Origin: Bacteroidota bacterium
Lineage (GTDB): Bacteria > Bacteroidota > Bacteroidia > AKYH767-A > 2013-40CM-41-45
DNA length: 64,000 nt
Assembly (NCBI GenBank): GCA_049363815.1
Contig: JBMQEM010000023.1
Location: 17,281-81,280, forward strand
Reading direction: 5' to 3'
Made by a program: the position numbers and the translations under genes. Shown piece after piece: positions 56,940 to 64,000 of the stretch. Each line of letters starts with the position of its first letter. Position 1 is the stretch's first letter. The notes below the pieces were generated by a model. That model was given only the letters and a program-made list of their open reading frames with translations. It was not told the DNA's origin and searched no databases.

Positions 56940-57665
56940 TCAGTTTGATTTATGCTGAATTTTTCGAAGCCTGATGTTGAGTAATTCAACGATCAATGAG
57001 AAGCCCATTCCAAAATACACGTATGATTTCTCAACGTGAATGTGCGCCCCTTCCAGCATCAACAGTACGCCAATTGCAACTAAAAATACCAATGCGAGTA
57101 TTTTCATTGTCGGATACTTGTTGATAAAATCACTTACGTAAGGTGCAAACAACAGCATAACAAACATTGATACTACTACAGCTGCGATCATAACAGGCAG
57201 ATCGCGACTTAAACCTACTGCAGTTAAAATTGAATCGAATGAAAAGATGATATCTATGATCGTGATCTGTAAAATAGCCTGAGAAATGGAAAGCTTTTTC
57301 TTTGTATCAGCCGTTGCCCCTTTTTCATGACCTTTCAGTTTTTCATACAATTCCTTAATGGTCTTATAAACAAGAAAGACACCACCGGAAAATAAAATAA
57401 GATCCCTACCACTTACTCCCAGTGAACCCAGATAGAACAATGGCTCTACCAGATGGACCAGCCATGAAATTCCAAGTAGTAACAAGATCCTGAATACCAT
57501 TGCCAGCATCAAACCTATTGTACGGGCTCTCTGTTGATCAACTTTAGGTAAATAACTACAGATGATTGCAATGAAAATAATGTTATCGATCCCTAAAATT
57601 ATTTCCAGAAAGATCAAAGTGATTAAACTTAATATTCCTTCCGGAGAAAACAGAGTTAGTAACAT
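56940..57665 (-). CDS. TerC family integral membrane protein
   Basis: LEIILGIDNIIFI and the duplicated DSILTAVG motif. Confidence 0.85.
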   Translation of the reverse strand: MLLTLFSPEGILSLITLIFLEIILGIDNIIFIAIICSYLPKVDQQRARTIGLMLAMVFRILLLLGISWLVHLVEPLFYLGSLGVSGRDLILFSGGVFLVYKTIKELYEKLKGHEKGATADTKKKLSISQAILQITIIDIIFSFDSILTAVGLSRDLPVMIAAVVVSMFVMLLFAPYVSDFINKYPTMKILALVFLVAIGVLLMLEGAHIHVEKSYVYFGMGFSLIVELLNIRLRKIQHKSN

Positions 57666-57827
57666 AAATTTGAATTGTATAGCTATTTCGGGTTGCGGCG
57701 CAAAACTAAAGAAAAAAACATACCCTTTAACGTGGGTTGTACAACTTATTAAGTTGATTTTGAGCCTTCATCTCCCTATTTTTAGTAATTCGTGATTTGC
57801 AATTCGAACCGGTTTTTGAAATACAAA

Positions 57828-59510
57828 TTACGATTTATCATTGTACACCTTCAACACACGGGCTGATGGTTCAGAAAGGTTTCCCGACCATCGAGGCAGC
57901 CAGTAATGCGGAATCACTTGCCATTGATCGCCATTCCGGTTTTGAAATGACCTCATGTAATAAAAAGATTCTTTTGATGGAGCAACTGATGAAGGGTGAA
58001 GTTTATCTTTTTGCATTTCAAATTCCTGATCAGATATTTTTTCATTTAAGAATTCCTGTACCCATTGAAACCACGATTTCTCTTTTCCTGAAACTCCATC
58101 TGAGAAGGCTTCCTTCTTTCTCCACAAAACATCTTCCGGCAGGGTTTTACCATATTTACTTTTTGCAAATGCCGTCCGAAAGAAATTCTTTTCAATGCTA
58201 TCTTTCGTTGGTACCTTCCAGCTTGCAGGAAGGCTTCTGAAAAAATCAACAAACTCCCTGTCAAGAAAAGGAACCCGGGCTTCCAGTCCGTGACAGGAAA
58301 TAGCCCTGTCAACCCGAAGTCCATCGAAGAGATGAATTTCATCCAGCAACCGATAATGATCTTCCTGTGCTGATTTCAGATCGGGATGATTATAAAAATA
58401 CAAATAGCCCATCTGACATTCATCAGCTCCATCACCATTCAATACAACTTTTATATCAGTACCCGAAGAAATATATTTTCCAAGTAAATACTGTCCTACA
58501 CTGGCCCTGATAGTTGTTATATCATACGTTTCAGTATTCTGTAAAACAGTATCAATTGCTTCTAATCCTTCCTGTGGAGTAAAGTAAATTATTTCGTGCT
58601 CGATGTTTCCATACAATTTATTCAAATGCTCTGCAACACTTTTTGCATAAACAATATCGGTTCCTTCTTTCATTCCAATACTGAACGACTTCAGTTTTTT
58701 TCCGGGATATTCTTCCGCCATGATCTTTGCTGCAACTGCACACACTACACTTGAATCAAGACCTCCTGAAAGCAAACATCCGATTGGGCGGTCTGAGATG
58801 AGACGATGCCTGACAGCATTTTCAAATATTGAAATTGCTTTTGCATGGTCAGAATCTTCCGGCTTCGAAATCGTATTGTAGTCAGCATTTACTACTGAAG
58901 GCCAGTATTGTTTTTTTGCAGGAGTTTTGCCCGGAGTCCAGTTGAGAATTGTTTTTTGACTAAAGCGTTCAACATTCTGAAAGAATGGTGCAAGCCCGGA
59001 AAGCAAACTACTGAATCCAAAACTTTTCAGGTCCGAACTATAACCAATAAACATTGGCCGGACACTTAAAGGATCAGTTGAAAGGAAAAGCTGCTTTAAT
59101 TTATGTTGATGATATTCAACAATTGCAAAACTGTATTCACCTACAAGTACTTTGTTTAATTTTTCCAAGTCATAATTGAATAATCTCAACAAGGGAAGAA
59201 TAACAGCACAATCTGAACCGTGAAGTGAAACATCGAGTTTATATTCTTCAATCAATTCCCTGAAATTGTATATCTCGCCATTACATACTAAATAGAATGT
59301 CTTCTCTCCATCTAACATATAAAATGGCTGATCACCATCGACATCCAGACCATTGATTGCAAGTCGATGAAAACCTAAAAAAGAATCCGGGTTTAATATC
59401 GTCAGACTTCTATCCGGACCGCGTTTTCTTAATGTATTAAAAGAAGCATAAATTTTTGATGAATCGCCCTTTTCTACTATTTCGCCTAAAAGACCATAAA
59501 TACTGCACAT
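57828..59510 (-). CDS. asnB: Asparagine synthase (glutamine-hydrolysing)
   Basis: N-terminal nucleophile MCSIYG and PP-loop LSGGLDSS. Confidence 0.92.
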   Translation of the reverse strand: MCSIYGLLGEIVEKGDSSKIYASFNTLRKRGPDRSLTILNPDSFLGFHRLAINGLDVDGDQPFYMLDGEKTFYLVCNGEIYNFRELIEEYKLDVSLHGSDCAVILPLLRLFNYDLEKLNKVLVGEYSFAIVEYHQHKLKQLFLSTDPLSVRPMFIGYSSDLKSFGFSSLLSGLAPFFQNVERFSQKTILNWTPGKTPAKKQYWPSVVNADYNTISKPEDSDHAKAISIFENAVRHRLISDRPIGCLLSGGLDSSVVCAVAAKIMAEEYPGKKLKSFSIGMKEGTDIVYAKSVAEHLNKLYGNIEHEIIYFTPQEGLEAIDTVLQNTETYDITTIRASVGQYLLGKYISSGTDIKVVLNGDGADECQMGYLYFYNHPDLKSAQEDHYRLLDEIHLFDGLRVDRAISCHGLEARVPFLDREFVDFFRSLPASWKVPTKDSIEKNFFRTAFAKSKYGKTLPEDVLWRKKEAFSDGVSGKEKSWFQWVQEFLNEKISDQEFEMQKDKLHPSSVAPSKESFYYMRSFQNRNGDQWQVIPHYWLPRWSGNLSEPSARVLKVYNDKS

Positions 59511-59593
59511 ATGTTCAAATTATTATGGGGAAAAGATACAGTTTTATGCAAGAAGTCAAAAATCAGAATACAACAATTTTAATAAATTTTTTC

Positions 59594-59739
59594 TCCCGCA
59601 GATCTCGGATTAAGGCGCAGATAAATCCGCAGATGGTATTCGTCGAAATTATACAATGTCACTTTTCTTGCAATAGCAGTGAATAATTGAAACACAAGAT
59701 CTGAGATTTTATCTGCGCCTTAATCCGAGATCTGCGGGA
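59594..59739. repeat. CGCAGA-word inverted-repeat element B (41-bp arms, 64-bp spacer)
   Basis: Left arm tcccgcagatctcggattaaggcgcagataaatccgcagat. Right arm atctgagattttatctgcgccttaatccgagatctgcggga. 38/41 complementary, 32 contiguous. Confidence 0.9.
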
Positions 59740-59771
59740 AAAACATACGATACTTATATTTTCGCAAAAAA

Positions 59772-59807
59772 CTCTGCGTATTTTCTGCGTATTCTGCGGG
59801 AAATAAA
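59772..59807. repeat. Orphan arm of the CGCAGA-word family
   Basis: ctctgcgtattttctgcgtattctgcgggaaataaa equals the right arm of element A (11881-11926) minus one unit of about 10 bp. Confidence 0.85.
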
Positions 59808-60170
59808 ATGTCTTCAAATACCAATCAAACTCCCTGAGAAGTGACAAATTCCGGAAAGATAGACCGTAAAATGAAATTGATCTCCTGTAAAAAATGCATG
59901 AAAATTACCTGTAAAAAATTTGTTTCATTCTTCTCAAACAAGTTTGATTAATTTCTTACAAGATTTTTTTTTCATTTGACAAACAACATAGCTGAAATTA
60001 TTCAGAATTACGATTTCATTCTACATAATTCCCTTCATCCTGCAACAATTCTTACAAAGTCCTCAAATGACTTGAATTGGCAAATGCTCCCTTCCCTTCC
60101 GATGTACTTTTAAGAAATGAAAATAGAAGCAAGTCATTTTAAAAATGCTGCTATTATAAAGGTAAAAGGT

Positions 60171-63100
60171 ATGAATCGAAATTTACCCATTAAAAAAGTA
60201 CTGGTCATCATATGTGCTTTTCTGCTTTTCGTAAGCGGAAAAGTATCGGCGAGTCATACGATGGGAGCCGACTTAACATACGAGTGCCTCGGGGGGAATA
60301 CTTACAAAGTAACTGTTTCTTTCTATCGCGACTGTATCGGTATTGCTGCACCGGCAAATCCACTTGTTACAGTTTCATCGACATCGTGCGGTCAATCTCT
60401 TAGTGTTACTTGTTATAAAAGACCGGGAACCGGACAGGAAGTAACTCCTGCTTGTTCAAGTTCCGTTACAACATGTAATGGCGGTCCTTTTACCGGAATC
60501 CAGGAGTGGGTATATGATGGTATCATTACTTTACCTGCTGCCTGCGCTGACTGGACATTCGGTTATTCACTTTGTTGCAGAAATGCGGCGATCACAACGA
60601 TCAATACACCAAGTGGAAGTACATTCTATATATATGCTACTTTAAATAACCTTGTTTCAACTTGTAATTCATCACCTACTTTCTCAAATAAACCTGTGCC
60701 TTTCCTTTGTTTAGGTCAGCAATACTGTTTCAACCACGGTGCATACGATGCTGATGGTGACTCACTGGTATATGAACTGATCACTCCAATGCAAACTTCT
60801 TCATCAACTGTTACATATCATGCTCCTTACGATGCTACTAATCCGCTTAATTCGTCGCCATCGACTTCGTTCAATACGGCGACGGGTGACATCTGTTTAA
60901 ATCCACAGGCTCTTGAAGTTACCGTTATGGCTGTACTTGTAAAAGAATACAGAAACGGCGTATTGATCGGTACTGTAGAACGTGACTTGCAATTGACAGT
61001 AATGAATTGCGCAAACACGCTTCCAACTTTAACAGGTATCAATGGAACAAATAATTTCAGTATTACAATTTGTGCAAATGAGCCAACTTGTTTCGACATC
61101 TTCTCAAATGATGTTGATGCAGGTCAGCAATTGTTAGTGGATTGGAATTACGGAATCCCCGGAGCTACATTTAATACCGGTTCAGGATTGCATCCAACAG
61201 GAACATTCTGCTGGACACCGGGTCCGTCAGATATTGGCAACAGCTATTCATTTACAGTAAGAGTTCAGGATGATGCCTGTCCTTATTATGGCAGCCAGAT
61301 CTATTCATACACAGTAAATGTAATTGGTATAACTGCAAGTGCAGGTCCTGACCAGCAAATTGCCTGCAGTGACCTTGCAACTTTAACAGCACACGGTTAT
61401 GGAGGCAGTGGTACATACACTTATTTATGGAGTACAGGTTCCACAATGCAATCAATTACTGTTGGAGAAGGATCATACATCGTCACAGTCGATGACGGAT
61501 CATGTACTGCAACTGATACAGTCAATGTAACCCTACCGTTTATACCTACTGCGGCATTTACGAATTCTCCTGTCCTTTGTTTGAATAACCCGATCCAGTT
61601 TACCGATCAGTCAACAACTCCTGCCGGAATCTTTACTGATTTCTACTGGGATTTTGACGATGGTACAACTTCGACTTTACAAAATCCTTCTCACCAATTC
61701 CCGGGTGCAGGCTCATATGATGTGACTTTAATTGTAACTAATAATCTTGGGTGTGTTGATTCAGTCACTCATACAATAATAATTGCAACACCTCCGGTTT
61801 CACAATTCACAGCAACGAATTCATGTATCAACTCAGTTGTATCATTTACTGATCAAACTTCAGGAAATGATAATTACTGGCACTGGTATTTCGGTGATGG
61901 TGGTACTTCATTTGCCCAGAATCCAACTCATACATATACCTCATCAGGAACTTTCAATGTAATGCTTATCAGTGGTGACACTCTTGGATGTCTTGATACG
62001 GTTTCTCACCCTATAACCATATTCCCATTGCCTGTTGCTTCTGCAGGAACAAATCAGAATGTTTGTGCAGGTGGTTCCGTAACTTTAACAGCAACAGGTG
62101 GTGTTACTTATGTGTGGCATCCTTCCGGTTCTACAGGTTCTTCAATTGTATTGACTCCTGGAAGCAGTACAAATGTTTCCGTAACTGTTACTGATGCAAA
62201 TGGCTGTTCTGCGATTGATACAGTAAGTATTTCTGTTAACCCATTACCGAATATCAATGCCGGAACAGATGCCTTCATTTGTTCAGGAGGTTCGGTAACA
62301 TTGAACGCTACCGGTGGTATTTCATATGTATGGATGCCCGGTGGTCACTCCGGTCCTTCATATACTGTAGATCCTGCGACCACTACTTCTTATACTGTTA
62401 TTGGTACAGGAGCTAATGGTTGTACTTCTTCTGACTTAGTAAATGTCAATGTTGGAGCTTTACCAATTGTTACTATCAGTCCTGACGTGAATATTTGCGC
62501 CGGACAAAGTACTACTCTCACTGCAAGTGGTGGTTTGACATATTCATGGAATCCTATTGGAGCCACTACAGGCACAGTTACTGTTACACCCGGTTCTTCT
62601 ACACAATATGAAGTTATAGCAACAGATGCTGCAGGTTGTACATCGAATGCTTATGTCATGGTCGATGTGAATCCTCTTCCTGTTGTTAACCTTCAGTCTT
62701 TCTTCCTTTGTTCAGGTTCTACTACTACTTTAAATGCCGGAAATCCGGGATCAACTTATAGCTGGAGTACAGGAGAAACAACACAAACAATTTCAATCGA
62801 CTCAGGAGGAACTTATAACGTAACTGTTACTTCTCCTTTTGGTTGTGTAGCTAGTTCTGCTTGTACAATTGTCAGCGGAACAGCACTTACTATAAATCTT
62901 GCTAACGTTGCTTTTTGTCAGGGTGATTCTGCAACTCTTGATGCAGGTTATCCGGGTATGACTTATAACTGGACAACAGGTGCTACTTCACAAGCTATTA
63001 CTGTTCATACCGCAGGAAATTATGGGGTAACCGTAACTGATAGTCTTGGTTGCAGTGGTTCAATAAATGTTAGTGCCGTAATGAATACCTTACCTGTAAC

Positions 63101-64000
63101 TAACTTCTCTGCAACTTCTGTTTGTCAGGGTGCTACTACTGCTTTCACTGACGGGTCTTCCACTACATCAGGTTCAATAACTAATTGGGCCTGGGATTTT
63201 GGTGATGCCGGTAATTCAGTGGCACAAAATCCAACACATACTTATTCAACTGCCGGAACATACATTGTTACTCTCACGACAACAACATCAAATGGTTGTT
63301 CAAGCACAATTACCAGATCAGTAACAGTAAACCCATTGCCAACTGCGGCATTTACAACTGCAAATGGTTGTGCAGGAAGTAATCTGGTATTTACAAATAC
63401 CTCTTCTGTAAGTTCCGGATTCATCAATACATTTGCATGGACCTTCGGTGATGGTACTACTTCTTCAGTCTCTAACCCGACGCATGCATATACAACTGCC
63501 GGAAACTATGTAGTAAATCTCCAGGTAACAACTGCCGGTGGATGTTCAGCAAATATAAATGGAAACTTAACAGTTCATCCTATTCCTGTTGCTTCATTCA
63601 CTGCTCCGGCGGCTTGTCTGGGAAATACTACCGTATTCAACAATACTTCAGTTATTTCAACAGGTTCGATTACTTCAACCAACTGGAATTTTAATGACTC
63701 TTATACCTCAACACAAAATTCACCTTCGCATACATTTACTTCCGCTGGTACACATAGCGTAAACCTTATCGTGAGTTCAGCTTTTGGTTGTGCAGATACG
63801 ATAAATCAGAATATAACAATTAATGCATTACCTGTTCCTAATGCAGGATCTGATCAGACAGTATGTAACGGTACAACTGTAAATTTATCTGCCTCAGGCG
63901 GTACTTCTTATAACTGGATGCCGGGAAATCATAATGGTTCATCTTATTCTGTTTCTCCATCTACTACTACAACTTATTCCGTTCAGGTAACGGATGCAAA
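60171..64000 (+). CDS. Giant cell-surface adhesin, N-terminal part only: Cys-rich head plus alternating PKD-type and Ig-like repeat modules (gliding-motility CHU-type protein)
   Basis: Absent from the ORF track because it runs off the edge. Signal peptide MNRNLPIKKVLVIICAFLLFVSGKVSA, then HTMGADLTYECLGGNTYKVTVSFYRDC. At least 5 units carry W-x-F-G/D-D-G...NPxHxY. At least 7 units carry NPLP..AG.D..C.G..V.L.A.GG..Y.W. Confidence 0.85.
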   Translation, partial: MNRNLPIKKVLVIICAFLLFVSGKVSASHTMGADLTYECLGGNTYKVTVSFYRDCIGIAAPANPLVTVSSTSCGQSLSVTCYKRPGTGQEVTPACSSSVTTCNGGPFTGIQEWVYDGIITLPAACADWTFGYSLCCRNAAITTINTPSGSTFYIYATLNNLVSTCNSSPTFSNKPVPFLCLGQQYCFNHGAYDADGDSLVYELITPMQTSSSTVTYHAPYDATNPLNSSPSTSFNTATGDICLNPQALEVTVMAVLVKEYRNGVLIGTVERDLQLTVMNCANTLPTLTGINGTNNFSITICANEPTCFDIFSNDVDAGQQLLVDWNYGIPGATFNTGSGLHPTGTFCWTPGPSDIGNSYSFTVRVQDDACPYYGSQIYSYTVNVIGITASAGPDQQIACSDLATLTAHGYGGSGTYTYLWSTGSTMQSITVGEGSYIVTVDDGSCTATDTVNVTLPFIPTAAFTNSPVLCLNNPIQFTDQSTTPAGIFTDFYWDFDDGTTSTLQNPSHQFPGAGSYDVTLIVTNNLGCVDSVTHTIIIATPPVSQFTATNSCINSVVSFTDQTSGNDNYWHWYFGDGGTSFAQNPTHTYTSSGTFNVMLISGDTLGCLDTVSHPITIFPLPVASAGTNQNVCAGGSVTLTATGGVTYVWHPSGSTGSSIVLTPGSSTNVSVTVTDANGCSAIDTVSISVNPLPNINAGTDAFICSGGSVTLNATGGISYVWMPGGHSGPSYTVDPATTTSYTVIGTGANGCTSSDLVNVNVGALPIVTISPDVNICAGQSTTLTASGGLTYSWNPIGATTGTVTVTPGSSTQYEVIATDAAGCTSNAYVMVDVNPLPVVNLQSFFLCSGSTTTLNAGNPGSTYSWSTGETTQTISIDSGGTYNVTVTSPFGCVASSACTIVSGTALTINLANVAFCQGDSATLDAGYPGMTYNWTTGATSQAITVHTAGNYGVTVTDSLGCSGSINVSAVMNTLPVTNFSATSVCQGATTAFTDGSSTTSGSITNWAWDFGDAGNSVAQNPTHTYSTAGTYIVTLTTTTSNGCSSTITRSVTVNPLPTAAFTTANGCAGSNLVFTNTSSVSSGFINTFAWTFGDGTTSSVSNPTHAYTTAGNYVVNLQVTTAGGCSANINGNLTVHPIPVASFTAPAACLGNTTVFNNTSVISTGSITSTNWNFNDSYTSTQNSPSHTFTSAGTHSVNLIVSSAFGCADTINQNITINALPVPNAGSDQTVCNGTTVNLSASGGTSYNWMPGNHNGSSYSVSPSTTTTYSVQVTDA

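Noticed and set aside
59871-59951. 26-codon Cys/Lys-rich ORF MKLISCKKCMKITCKKFVSFFSNKFD
   Set aside because: Its first two-thirds are simply the two copies of a DNA direct repeat. There is no independent coding evidence, so it is reported only as a repeat.
1-64000. Search by eye for tRNA, rRNA, tmRNA, RNase P or SRP RNA signatures (GTTCGAATC-type T-loops, GGAAAGTCCGG, CCACCA ends)
   Set aside because: None was seen in any spacer. A scan with tRNAscan-SE or Infernal would be needed to be certain.

Overview
AT-rich chromosomal segment that looks like Bacteroidota. Evidence: several secreted proteins with T9SS-type C-terminal sorting domains, a giant PKD-repeat gliding-type adhesin, TAnnTTTG -7 promoter boxes and no Shine-Dalgarno usage. 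About 55 protein genes are present and nearly all are core housekeeping: glyA, hmgA plus an FAH-family hydrolase, relA/spoT, fur, purA, dihydroorotase, gcvT, rocD, rlmD, aroK and asnB. The rest include an OmpR/histidine-kinase pair, a small polysaccharide-biosynthesis cluster, FKBP isomerases, NrnA and an S8 protease. I found no rRNA, tRNA, CRISPR array, transposase, integrase, phage gene or recognisable defence or toxin system. I cannot point to a novel multi-gene protein system here. The unexplained signal is non-coding. (1) Hairpin or tandem elements built from phased 7-nt words fill gene 3' ends; two copies (7.35 kb and 15.25 kb) share a conserved core and the same asymmetric arm architecture. 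(2) A second family of about 40-bp inverted repeats is built from CGCAGA/CTGCG words at roughly 10-bp phasing (11.7 kb and 59.6 kb). (3) The 11-mer TTAACACTAAG recurs just 3' of three genes. (4) A GC-rich, hairpin-dense island of about 215 bp lies in the 590-bp rocD/rlmD divergent spacer and may be an unclassified structured RNA. (5) A ferritin-like gene carries an in-frame TAA. All protein calls rest on motif recognition by eye; no database search was run.
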